This document shows positions 30,969-40,310 of a DNA stretch of 64,000 nucleotides, in pieces (position 1 is the stretch's first letter; each line of letters starts with the position of its first letter). The notes beneath the pieces were generated by a model. The model made no database searches. It was given only the letters and a program-made list of their open reading frames with translations, and was not told the origin of the DNA. Position numbers and translations under genes: made by a program. The DNA is from Desulfobacterales bacterium (lineage in GTDB: Bacteria > Desulfobacterota > Desulfobacteria > Desulfobacterales > UBA5852), in NCBI GenBank assembly GCA_963674755.2, contig CAXXVS010000001.1:832001-896000 (forward strand), written 5' to 3'.

Positions 30969-31406
30969 TCATGGTTCTGTGCCCGGGTACCGGTCAAGGA
31001 AACTGAGGATTCTGTCGACAAAAAGATCAAGATCGTTGAGATTGTTCTGGAAAATACCGAATACAATCGAGTCGTCCACCTTTTCATAGTAATGGACCAG
31101 TAGGTTCCTGAAAGCGGCGATTTTCTCGAATATGGGAAGGTCGGTGGGAGTAAGGATATTGTGCTCGGCCAATACTGCAAAGGTATCGCGATAGCTTGTC
31201 GGTTCCCGCATCTTCTCGTCGGAAATAATATGCTGAGCTGCATCGATGCAGCCTTCGATCGTAATGTGCAGGGTGCGTTCAACGAACCGTCGTGTCCTGA
31301 CATCGGTGCGATAAAGATCCCAGTTTATATCCCTTGCACCTCTCAATTCGGCGATATTGGCTCTAATGTCCGCCAAAATGCGCTCAATGAGAACCCGGTC
31401 GACCAT
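30969..31406 (-). CDS. hepT: HepT-like HEPN toxin (DUF86)
   Basis: RX4HXY motif FRNLLVHYY; overlaps the upstream MNT gene. Confidence 0.9.
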   Translation of the reverse strand: MVDRVLIERILADIRANIAELRGARDINWDLYRTDVRTRRFVERTLHITIEGCIDAAQHIISDEKMREPTSYRDTFAVLAEHNILTPTDLPIFEKIAAFRNLLVHYYEKVDDSIVFGIFQNNLNDLDLFVDRILSFLDRYPGTEP

Positions 31407-31803
31407 TGTTTCCCCGATAAAGCACCTTATTCACATATTTTTGATGTAGATATAGGAAGTCCTCGAAAAATTTGCGGCTCTTGATTTCGAATTGCTTGCG
31501 AGCCTTGGATGATCGTTCAAACACTAATATGCCGTCGCGCCTGATCTGATGCTTCAGAACTTCGCTGGTGTTGTTTAAAATGACGGTATCGACGCTACAA
31601 CCAATCGCTATTTCAAGGACGCTAATGAATTCGAGCAGCGAAAAGGGGTGTTTATCATCTAATAGCAAGGCAATATCGATATCACTGGAGGCCTTTTGAC
31701 AATTTTTGGCATAGGAGCCAAAAAGATAGGCGGCCACAACAGCAGGCTCCTTGGCGCAAAATTGAGCGACCCTTTCTTTGATCCTACGGGATGATAGTGT
31801 CAT
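31384..31803 (-). CDS. mntA: MntA-like minimal nucleotidyltransferase antitoxin
   Basis: YLFGS-X10-DID (GSYAKNCQKASSDID). Confidence 0.9.
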   Translation of the reverse strand: MTLSSRRIKERVAQFCAKEPAVVAAYLFGSYAKNCQKASSDIDIALLLDDKHPFSLLEFISVLEIAIGCSVDTVILNNTSEVLKHQIRRDGILVFERSSKARKQFEIKSRKFFEDFLYLHQKYVNKVLYRGNNGRPGSH

Positions 31804-32081
31804 GGGCTGTAGGTCACAAAATAAAGTCTGAAGGCAACTATAGGCTAAAGACTTTAGACTATTAGGGTGTAGGCCTGGTTGGCTGCCCCAAGGAACGGAT
31901 AAGGGTGCCTAACACAACACTTTTTGGGCGTCTTGCAATTTCGATTCAAGAAAGGATGCTTTCGAAACTGATAAGTACAGATTACACAGGTATGTTATTA
32001 AGAACAAAATATGCTGATCAGATTAATTATTCTTCGTGCTCTTCGTGTACTTCATGGTGGATAGCTTTTAGGCCTTCGACG

Positions 32082-33422
32082 TTATTGAAGTAGCCGGAAC
32101 GGCTGCTCGGGTGTCAAGGTCACGCTGAACATGACACGATTTTCAGTATACTCATTCAGGGGGTCGTCCGAATTCAAATCGCGGAATGTGTAGTCCAAAT
32201 TGAGCACCATCCACCTTAGGGCTTGGTATTGCAAACCGGCTGCCGCCGTAATGGTTTTATCCGTTCGGCTGGGGATCTCATCCGGGTAATCATCCCAGCG
32301 ATAGCCGACGCGTGTCGTGCCTGAAAAGCGGGGTGTAAAAGCGAATTCACCGCGCACGGCACCTTCGTAATAAACATTGAAACCGAGGTTTTCAACACCT
32401 GTGTCAGCGACGTCAGTTCCGCTGAGTAAAGTGACACCAACAAGGCCGCGGCGGAAAGGCCAGACCTTATCCGCTAAAGCGGTCAGAATAAATCCATCGT
32501 CGTTGCTGCCGCGGTCCAGATTTTGAAAATACCATCCGACTCCAATATCGATGCGGGTATTTTGGTCCAATTGATAATTTAACCCGACGGTGGGTTGATA
32601 AACAACATAATCAATGTCTGTGGCAGTTTGCTCATCATAATTTAGAATCGTGTGCTCATACTGGGCATAAGCGTTCAAGTGGCGATCGAGGCGGCGGTTG
32701 AGCCTTAAACGGCCATACCATTCCTCACTATCGTTTTCGTTTTTATAATCGTTATGGGAATAGTACAGATCCGTTTCAACGCCCCAGAAATTGGTGAGCC
32801 AATAGGTGCCGCCTATTGAAGGTTCCCAGATATCGTTATCCGAGCTCTCATATAGTGTGTTATCAAGGTCTCTACGCAGACTGTACCTGTAGGCGGCATA
32901 AACCGTATCTTCGGCACCAAAGCGGTGATCCAGCCTGAGGGTTGTCGCATTCTCGTAGTACTCACCAAGCCCTCTTCTATAAGGGTCGGCGGCAATATCA
33001 GGGGCTACCAGTGGGTCAGCGGAGGTTGCGCCGGCATAGTCGGTTCCCTCCAACGAGCCTCTTGTTCGAATATAGGCATTTCTTAATTCGATACTTGTGT
33101 TGGCCGTGAAGTTGTACCAGGTTCTAGCAAGGAGATCCTGGTTCCAGCCATCATATTCACTGTAGTCGTTATACCACTCGTAGGAAGGCAAATAGGTGAG
33201 TTCCAGCCCGGCTGTACGACCAAGCCACTCCAGCGTTCCTCCGAATGTGACTGTAGTGATATAGTCGTCTTGCTCGTTATTCGGCGCTAAAAATAGGTTG
33301 TCCGTATACGCTTCGCTGACCGTCACCACCGGTGTGAAGTTCAGTTGAGCGCTTTGTGCGCATGGGCTGAAGGCTAACACCAAGACAACCGCAATTGTTG
33401 GTAGTACCTGAGATTTAAGCAT
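32082..33422 (-). CDS. Outer-membrane beta-barrel protein, EPS/PEP-CTERM-associated
   Basis: Signal peptide; YTDNLF start motif; alternating Tyr/Trp-rich beta-strands; YTENRVMFSVTL near C-terminus; follows wza. Confidence 0.8.
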   Translation of the reverse strand: MLKSQVLPTIAVVLVLAFSPCAQSAQLNFTPVVTVSEAYTDNLFLAPNNEQDDYITTVTFGGTLEWLGRTAGLELTYLPSYEWYNDYSEYDGWNQDLLARTWYNFTANTSIELRNAYIRTRGSLEGTDYAGATSADPLVAPDIAADPYRRGLGEYYENATTLRLDHRFGAEDTVYAAYRYSLRRDLDNTLYESSDNDIWEPSIGGTYWLTNFWGVETDLYYSHNDYKNENDSEEWYGRLRLNRRLDRHLNAYAQYEHTILNYDEQTATDIDYVVYQPTVGLNYQLDQNTRIDIGVGWYFQNLDRGSNDDGFILTALADKVWPFRRGLVGVTLLSGTDVADTGVENLGFNVYYEGAVRGEFAFTPRFSGTTRVGYRWDDYPDEIPSRTDKTITAAAGLQYQALRWMVLNLDYTFRDLNSDDPLNEYTENRVMFSVTLTPEQPFRLLQ

Positions 33423-33466
33423 GCCAAACCTCTCTTTTGGTTGTGGTGAAGGGTTGACGGTCAACT

Positions 33467-33610
33467 AGTACCCATCCAGAAATGGCATCTTTTGGCCCCT
33501 GGCGGCGTTCTCGCCTCCTGTCGATCCTCGGCGTAGCCGGGCTACGCCTGTGGGCGCCAGTTTGCTGCGGCCTTGCCAGAAACCAAAATCTACCACCTCT
33601 GGATGGGCAC
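33467..33610. repeat. Hairpin element, family C (arms agtacccatccagaaatgg / ccacctctggatgggcac)
   Basis: Near-identical to 50930-51113; core ggcgtt..ggcgtagccgggctacgcct..gccttg. Confidence 0.85.
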
Positions 33611-33689
33611 CGACTAGACAACAAGGCAACAGCCATTTTACCATGAATTGCACGAAGGGAGTACCATAGGACGTAGCAAGAAGGTGAAC

Positions 33690-33925
33690 GAGTTTGTTGG
33701 GTTTATTGAGTTGATAACGTTTATTGGGTTAAAACCGTGTGGGTGGTGCGTTGTATGTGGTGGGGCGTTGGTAGTGCGTTGTGGGGTTTAGATGGGGTTA
33801 TTGCCTTATCTACCCACGACCCACAACCTGCTTACCACGATCTTCAAAAACCCAACCAACTCAACCAACCCAACCAACCCAACCAACCCAACAAACTCGA
33901 CAAACTCAATGAACTCAACAAACTC
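33690..33925. repeat. Nested inverted micro-repeat hairpin (outer 9-mer AACAAACTC/AACCAACCC units, inner 7-mer CCCACAA units)
   Basis: G/T-rich left arm is the reverse complement of the C/A-rich right arm. Confidence 0.8.
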
Positions 33926-33931
33926 TGCCCG

Positions 33932-34504
33932 CTAGGGCACAATGATCGTGTCGTCGGCTTTGACGGGAACGTTTTGATCCAGGTTCTTGCCGTCGGCTAG
34001 TTCTTTGTAATCCACCCTGATGGTTACATCCTTGCCGTTTTCCCTTCGCAGCAGCAGGATTTCATCTTTGGAGGCCCATTCGGTGAAACCTCCTGCAAGC
34101 GCGAAGGCCTGTAAGACCGTCAGGTGTTTTGCCAGGGGGTATTCACCTGTATTGACAACTTCTCCAAGGATATAGAAGCGCTGGCTGCCGGAGGTCACGA
34201 TGGTCACCGTTACTTCAGGATTACTGACATAATCTTTCAGACCGGCTTCTAGGGATTTTTTGAGCTCTGTGGGGGTTAGTCCGGCCGCGCGGACATCGTT
34301 CAAGAGCGGAAAGCTGATAAAGCCGTCGGTTCTTACCAGCACTTCTTCACGGGAAAAGTCGGGTTCCTTCCAGGTGACGATTTCAAGCACATCGCCGCTG
34401 CCGATCCTGTAGGTACCGCCTTCACTTGCGGACCAAGCCGCAGACGGCAGGCCGGCAAGCACTAAAATAATAAGTGGAATCCAAATTCGTCGATAAATTT
34501 TCAT
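33932..34504 (-). CDS. wza: Polysaccharide export protein (Wza/OPX, short Poly_export + SLBB form)
   Basis: YRIGSGDVLEIVTW, VRTDGFISFPL, YILGEV..GEY, QAFALAGGFTE, DTIIVP; ATG 34504 chosen. Confidence 0.9.
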   Translation of the reverse strand: MKIYRRIWIPLIILVLAGLPSAAWSASEGGTYRIGSGDVLEIVTWKEPDFSREEVLVRTDGFISFPLLNDVRAAGLTPTELKKSLEAGLKDYVSNPEVTVTIVTSGSQRFYILGEVVNTGEYPLAKHLTVLQAFALAGGFTEWASKDEILLLRRENGKDVTIRVDYKELADGKNLDQNVPVKADDTIIVP

Positions 34505-34586
34505 AGCTGGTCTCCCAGAGTTGTGGCTATCGGATAATAAATCAAAAACACGTTTTACCACGAAGAGCACGAAGGCCATGAAGAAA

Positions 34587-34716
34587 GATGATTTCGTAAA
34601 ACTCCCCTAATGGTGTCGTTTCATCATCCCTGTGCAGGCGGGGATCTAGTCATTTTAGATCGATCTGGACTCCCACCTCCGCGGGAGTGACGGCTTGAGC
34701 CTTTTACGATTCCATC
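34587..34716. repeat. MITE-like palindromic repeat, family A, copy 2
   Basis: gatgatttcgtaaaa / ttttacgattccatc arms with internal cccN8ggg hairpins, as at 20181. Confidence 0.7.
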
Positions 34717-35085
34717 GTTTATTAGGAATGGCCCTATTTGAAGGGGGCTTTGCGTGTTACCGTTGCGCATAGCTCCGCCCTTTGAATTACAGACAGGAGA
34801 AATTCATAAGGGATTGAAATGTAATAAAAAAAATTAAAAATACAGTGACTATGACGCGATCGAGTGTCTTTGTCGAAAAGCACCATTTTTGCTGTTCAAA
34901 TACAATCAGTATGTTGAGCAGTAAGGGCATATTCTTGGTGTAGAATAAATTACAATTCAACTCCTCAACAGTTTTTCAGCCTCCTCCCTAAATCTACCGC
35001 CAATCAACCTGTCCTCAATATAGCCGGAACCTCATAGATGCTTTGTCGACAGACACGAAGTGCATGGGATCGTGTCCGTAACACA

Positions 35086-36042
35086 TCAAGTTGGTTTTTC
35101 AGAACCGTAATAGTTGTACTGGGAATACTTCCCTTTCCCATAGAGATACGTTGAGCCTTTATCCATCCAATTGGCCACTACACCAAGAATTTTATCCTTT
35201 TGGAATTTATCCACCAGCTCCGCTATAAGGTCACGGTTGGTGCGCCCGAATTTGACCACCAGAAGGATGCCGTCCACGAATTGGGCCAGGGCTTTGCTTT
35301 CCGCGGTCAGGTGGGGCGGCGGGGAATCGATGATGATATATCGATCGTCATAGCGCGAGCGGACTTCCCTGAGCAGGGCCAGCATACGATTGGACGACAG
35401 CAATTCGGCCGGATTGGATGGCGCCGGGCCGCCGGGTAAAATGGATAGATGGTTGTTGCCGGTCCGAATCAGGAGTTCGGGCAGGGTGGCTTCTCCCACC
35501 AGATAGTTGCTCAATCCCGGCACATTTTCGTAGCCAAAAATCTTGTGAACCGTCGGCCGGCGCATATCGCAATCGATCAACAGCACATGCTTATCGATAT
35601 TCTGGGCAATGGTCAGCGCCAGATTGCTGGACACGAATGATTTACCCTCTCCCGGAAGGGCACTGGTTACCAGAATGGTCCTTGGTGAGGGCTTTCCCCC
35701 GGAAGGAAACAGGATGTTGGTTCGCAGCATTCGAAATTGCTCGGCTTCAAAAGACTGGGGGCTGTGGTAAGCGATCAGGTTTTTATCAAAACGGTGCGGT
35801 GGGCGTGGTGCAACAAAATTCGTTTCTATCGCGGGACGTTCTGTATCCGCGGTAAGGGGAGGCGTTAGGTCCGCAGGCCCGGCTGATTTTTCAGACACCT
35901 CCCTGTCAGGTACCCCATCTTTCTCATCAGGATTAGGGATTGCTTCATTATCTGTAACCGCGTCTGAATCGGTAACCAAGGATGGCTTTGAAGTGGTTTT
36001 GCCTTCATCCGATTTTTGCAGTGCTTCAAAAAATTTACCCAC
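35086..36042 (-). CDS. BY-kinase, polysaccharide tyrosine autokinase (CpsD/CapB; split Wzc)
   Basis: EQFRMLRTN, SALPGEGKS, LIDCDMRRP, IIIDSPP, Tyr cluster YLYGKGKYSQYNYYG. Confidence 0.93.
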   Translation of the reverse strand: MGKFFEALQKSDEGKTTSKPSLVTDSDAVTDNEAIPNPDEKDGVPDREVSEKSAGPADLTPPLTADTERPAIETNFVAPRPPHRFDKNLIAYHSPQSFEAEQFRMLRTNILFPSGGKPSPRTILVTSALPGEGKSFVSSNLALTIAQNIDKHVLLIDCDMRRPTVHKIFGYENVPGLSNYLVGEATLPELLIRTGNNHLSILPGGPAPSNPAELLSSNRMLALLREVRSRYDDRYIIIDSPPPHLTAESKALAQFVDGILLVVKFGRTNRDLIAELVDKFQKDKILGVVANWMDKGSTYLYGKGKYSQYNYYGSEKPT

Positions 36043-36057
36043 AGTAAATGCCTCTGT

Positions 36058-37620
36058 TTAAATAAAGATATCTTTTATTGTTGTCACGATGGAGAGGGGC
36101 CCATCGATACCTTTCAGGACAAGCAATGTAAACACAGCAAACATCATACTGGTTGCCACCAGGGCGATGCCAGTGGCGATCCAATTAACGGTTTTAAGAA
36201 TGCGTTTCCTGGGGTCTTCTATGAGGGGTATCATTGCGATGGTCGGCAGCCCGAGGGTGAGCTCCACCTCTTTGGGGGATCGGAATCCGGCATTCATATA
36301 TTCCAGGAGAAAGATAATGCCGCCGCCAAGACCGATTCCCACGGCAATCGTCACAAGGAAAAGTATTTTCATGTTCGGTTGCACCGGACGCTTCGGCAGG
36401 CGCGCTCGATCCAGGACGCGAAATTGTTCGCCTTTTTGTTTACGCTCCATGTTGACGGCGATGTCGGCTTCAAGTTTGCGGTTCAACAAAGAGCTGTACG
36501 ACGCCTGCATGTTTTCATAGTCCCGCTGCAAGGCCAACAATTCTTGCTCCCTTTTAGGGGTCGATTCTACCCGTCTTTGATAAGAGGCGATTTCAGACTG
36601 GATACGGCCGATATCGTCGGAAATATTATTGATTTCACGGCGGACGTCGGTGATTTCGACAGGTTCGATGCGGGCCGTCGACGACCCGGAACCGGAAGAA
36701 CCGGAATTGGCCTCCAACTCCTTAATTTGCTGTTTGAGTTTGATGATGTCCGGGTGTTTGTCCGTATAGCGGGATTGCAGTCGGGCCAATTCCGCCCGAA
36801 GGGCGGCCGGGTCCAAAGGATCCGGCTCCCGCGGTCCGGCATCACCCGCCCCCTGACCCGTCAACAGCCCGGCCGAGGCCTGATTCTGCAGACTGGTCAA
36901 CCGCGATCGGGCGTCCCTCAGACTTTCCTGCTGTGCGGTCAGTTGCTCTTGGAGGCGATCCAGGACACGCAAATTGGTTTCCAACTGTTCGGGCAACTCA
37001 CCCATATTGCTCGTTCGAAATGCTTCCAGCGCCTTTTCCTTCTGCTCGAGTTTGCGGCGCATGGATTCGAGTTCCGTCTCGAGAAAGTCGCTTGTACCAG
37101 TAGCCTGCGATTCCCGGGCTTTTAAATTTTCATCGATGAAATAGGTTGCCAGGGTGTTGGTGATATTCATCACCTTTTCCGGGTTTCGGCCCCGGTAGGT
37201 GATCGAGAACGCATTGGTTTCCCTGCGGTTTTGCGTCACTTCGATATTAATATCTTTTTTTAAGGCCTCGACCTTGTCTTCCAAAAACATGTTTTCGAAT
37301 TCAGGGCCTTTGTAAAGCCCGAACTCGTTGATAATTTTTTCCAGATTGGTGCGGCTCAAAATTTGTTGGGAAAGGGTGCTAATACGATCTGCGACTTCTT
37401 CCGTCGACACAACGGCCTGCACGTAGCTGGTGGGCACCCTTTGGGGTTCGATCAATATCAGGGTTTGAGCTTCATACACTTTGGGCAGTTTGATTGCGAG
37501 AATGGATCCCACAACCAAAGCCACCATCAAAGGGATAATCAAAAACCATCGGCGCTGAATGACAGTTTTGATGATGTAATCCGGTTTGAGGAATTCTTGC
37601 GGTATGGTTTCTTCTTGCAC
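36058..37620 (-). CDS. Polysaccharide chain-length determinant / co-polymerase (GumC/Wzc N-terminal half)
   Basis: Two TMs flanking a coiled coil; LPKVYEA, RYTDKHPDI, GEQFRVLDRARLP. Confidence 0.92.
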   Translation of the reverse strand: MQEETIPQEFLKPDYIIKTVIQRRWFLIIPLMVALVVGSILAIKLPKVYEAQTLILIEPQRVPTSYVQAVVSTEEVADRISTLSQQILSRTNLEKIINEFGLYKGPEFENMFLEDKVEALKKDINIEVTQNRRETNAFSITYRGRNPEKVMNITNTLATYFIDENLKARESQATGTSDFLETELESMRRKLEQKEKALEAFRTSNMGELPEQLETNLRVLDRLQEQLTAQQESLRDARSRLTSLQNQASAGLLTGQGAGDAGPREPDPLDPAALRAELARLQSRYTDKHPDIIKLKQQIKELEANSGSSGSGSSTARIEPVEITDVRREINNISDDIGRIQSEIASYQRRVESTPKREQELLALQRDYENMQASYSSLLNRKLEADIAVNMERKQKGEQFRVLDRARLPKRPVQPNMKILFLVTIAVGIGLGGGIIFLLEYMNAGFRSPKEVELTLGLPTIAMIPLIEDPRKRILKTVNWIATGIALVATSMMFAVFTLLVLKGIDGPLSIVTTIKDIFI

Positions 37621-37653
37621 GATCTTGATCCCTAATTGTTGGGGGAAAATAAA

Positions 37654-37787
37654 TTGATGGAGTTGAAAAAGGGCCCCGAGGCGTCATTTTCTCGTCGGGG
37701 GGATATAGAACGAACTAAGATACCGGATCCCCGTCTTCGCGGCGATGACAATACAGCGCCATCAAAGACTTTTTACGGCCTCATCAA
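37654..37787. repeat. MITE-like palindromic repeat, family A, copy 3
   Basis: ttgatggagttgaaaaag / gactttttacggcctcatcaa arms; ccggatccccgtcttcgcggcgatgac. Confidence 0.7.
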
Positions 37788-38105
37788 ATTGGAATTACGC
37801 CCTCATATTGGTATGTTACCGCAGGATAGCCTATTCGGAAAGGGGAAATATGCCTCGATTGCCAATTGACCGAATTCAAACGGTGTCTTGCGGTCCATAT
37901 GGTGTTTCACAAACGTTGCGGTGTTTATCCATACCCCAATTTACAATTTCTCGATTAATGACAGTTAACTTACCATGGCAAATCAAAAGTATCAAAACCT
38001 AATACGGGTTAGGGGTCGGTAATGTAGTTGAGGGCACGATCCGAATTAGATGCAAAAACGAAAAATGTTTTCCCGTAAGCGGAAAATGATCGAAATACAC
38101 TTCTA

Positions 38106-38121
38106 TGCAATAGGCGAGCCA
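38106..38121 (-). promoter_or_regulatory. sigma54 promoter for the chain-length/kinase/wza operon
   Basis: Minus strand TGGCTCGCCTATTGCA, exact -24/-12 spacing, AT-rich DNA upstream. Confidence 0.7.
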
Positions 38122-38364
38122 ATTTTCATCTTCGGGTGTTTTTCTTGAAAACTTAAAAAATTTACAATATTTTGATATGATAGTAAAAATTACCAATACG
38201 GGATAAATTATGCGCCGCGATCACCTTTGGATTATATTTTGGAGTTAAGTCATTTCCACGGTCGAGTATGCTAATAGATCTTGACACAAGCGAAAGATAT
38301 TCCTATATGAAAAAAAGTTCATAGTTGTCTTACCACACCCCTAATCCACATCCGGGAATCGATC

Positions 38365-38742
38365 ATGACACCCAACGCTTCGGCACGCTTGTTGATCATC
38401 GAGGACAATGAGGAAGTTCTGCGGTCGCTCAAGAAATATTTTACCAAAAAGAATTATGATGTTGTGACCGCCTCCAACGGTCTGGACGGGCTCAAGGCCT
38501 ATGAAAATGACCCCGGCGGTTTCGATCTCATCATTACCGATCTTGTGATGCCCAACATCAGCGGCGTGGCCATTATTTCGCTGGTGAAAAAAAAGTCACC
38601 GTCCACGCCCGTCATTGCCATTACCGGATGGGGTGAGCATCCTGAGGCTCTCGCCACGGAAGCCCAGGCCGACCTGGTATTGGAAAAGCCTATCGAGCTG
38701 GATAAGATGGACCAGTTTATCAACGACTTGCTGAACAAATAG
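38365..38742 (+). CDS. Stand-alone response-regulator receiver protein
   Basis: IIEDN, ITDLVMP (phospho-Asp), AITG, EKP. Confidence 0.92.
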   Translation: MTPNASARLLIIEDNEEVLRSLKKYFTKKNYDVVTASNGLDGLKAYENDPGGFDLIITDLVMPNISGVAIISLVKKKSPSTPVIAITGWGEHPEALATEAQADLVLEKPIELDKMDQFINDLLNK

Positions 38743-38810
38743 ATGGTCTAACGCAAAATATAACCCCTTTTTTGTGCAACCTACGTTTTCGTGTCAAAAA
38801 AAGCCATCCT

Positions 38811-39860
38811 ATGAGTCCTCACAAGGTACAACAAAAAGCTCCGACCATTATTGGTGCAAGTCAGGCGATCGAGAGAATCCGTGATCTGATTGCCCATGTG
38901 GCCGATACCGGCCTCAATATTCTGATTTGCGGGGAAAGCGGGGTGGGCAAAGAGGTTGTCGCCCAGAACCTTTACCAACAATCCCCCCGCAACCACCGGC
39001 CGTTTCTCAAAATCAACTGTGCGGCACTCCCCGACGGGTTGCTGGAAAGCGAGTTGTTCGGTCACGAGCAGGGCGCGTTTACCGGGGCAGAGCGCAAGAA
39101 GCGCGGGAAATTCGAGCTGGCCAATGGCGGGGTGCTCCTGTTGGATGAAATCGGCGATATGTCGATCGCCCTGCAGGCCAAACTCCTGCATGTCCTGCAA
39201 AGCGGCGAGTTTTCACCGCTGGGCTCCGAAAAGGAAGTCCACACCGATACCTGGGTGCTGGCGGCCACCAACCATGAGCTGGAAGAGGACATCCGCAAGG
39301 ACAAATTCAGGGAAGACCTTTATTACCGGCTGAATATCATCAAGATCCTCATTCCGTCTCTGCGGGAACGGCCGGAGGACATCCCGCCGCTCATCGAACA
39401 TTTCGTCAACGAGTACGCCTACCAATTCCAGGCCGGACGCATCAACATACCGGCCAATGCTGTCATCGCCAAGCTTTGTGAATACCACTGGCCCGGGAAT
39501 GTGCGCGAACTGCAAAATATCCTCAAACGCGGGTTTGCCTTGGGCAACTGGGATGAAATCCTTGACGAGCTGTTCCGTCACGCGCCTGAACCCAGTTTTG
39601 CCATGCGCAGCAGCGCGCCCATGGGCAGGTCCTCATCGGTGAGCGCGCTCACCGGACTGGATTACCAAAATATTGATCTGGAAGATTTGTCGCTCAAGGA
39701 AATTACCCGGTCGGTTCAGGATCGGGTGGAGCGGGAGGTCATCACCTATGTGCTGGAAAAGACCGGCTGGAACCGCAGCAAAGCCAGCCGCATTTTGAAA
39801 ATCAGCTATAAGGCGCTGCTGTATAAGATCAAAGATTTGAATATCATCGTTCCCCACTGA
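38811..39860 (+). CDS. sigma54-dependent activator (AAA+ / Fis HTH) lacking an N-terminal regulatory domain
   Basis: [68 protein letters not shown]. Confidence 0.93.
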   Translation: MSPHKVQQKAPTIIGASQAIERIRDLIAHVADTGLNILICGESGVGKEVVAQNLYQQSPRNHRPFLKINCAALPDGLLESELFGHEQGAFTGAERKKRGKFELANGGVLLLDEIGDMSIALQAKLLHVLQSGEFSPLGSEKEVHTDTWVLAATNHELEEDIRKDKFREDLYYRLNIIKILIPSLRERPEDIPPLIEHFVNEYAYQFQAGRINIPANAVIAKLCEYHWPGNVRELQNILKRGFALGNWDEILDELFRHAPEPSFAMRSSAPMGRSSSVSALTGLDYQNIDLEDLSLKEITRSVQDRVEREVITYVLEKTGWNRSKASRILKISYKALLYKIKDLNIIVPH

Positions 39861-39988
39861 GGGACAGTTTCGTAAAACGCCCGATATCTGCGTTACGCTT
39901 CACCCCTCGTCGTTGCGGCGTACCTGATGTACACCTCTCTCCTCGCGGCTCGCAAGCCTTGATCTCGAACGTTTTACGAAATTGTCCC
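39861..39988. repeat. Hairpin element, core family B
   Basis: Arms gggacagtttcgtaaaacg / cgttttacgaaattgtccc; core tgcgtt..tgcggcgtac..gtacacct..gccttga; starts right after the activator stop codon. Confidence 0.85.
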
Positions 39989-40100
39989 TATGGGACACAG
40001 ATGTTCACCGCTGGCCCCTGAGGAATGCGCGCAAAAAATAACGAAGAGATGCCAATTCAGAAAAACACGATCCCGATTTTGATGAAAGGCTGTGTGTTTT

Positions 40101-40302
40101 GCCTCCAGCCTATAATCCACCCACAACACACAACCCACGGTTTTTAGCCAACCCAACCAACCCAATAAACCCAATAAACCCAACAAACTCAACAAACTCA
40201 ACAAACTCAATAACCCCATTGAACCCACCACTCACAGCTTTTACCTACAGCCTAATAGCCGACCACCTGCCATACCCCCATTTTCTTCATGACCTTCATG
40301 GT
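40101..40302. repeat. Block of micro-repeats (CAGCCTA, CCCACAA, AACCCAATA/AACTCAACA, CTTCATG units)
   Basis: Same unit types as at 33690-33925 and 42040-42345. Confidence 0.75.
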
Positions 40303-40310
40303 AAGTCTCT

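Noticed and set aside
30785..31303. 172-aa minus-strand ORF overlapping hepT
   Set aside because: Alternative frame of hepT running into micro-repeats
33737..34000. ORFs with NQPNQP / NSTNST / LLSLLS repeats (also 39974-40231, 40099-40335, 42211-42828)
   Set aside because: In-silico translations of the 9-mer DNA micro-repeats
36016..37125. 369-aa + strand ORF
   Set aside because: Antisense shadow of the chain-length determinant
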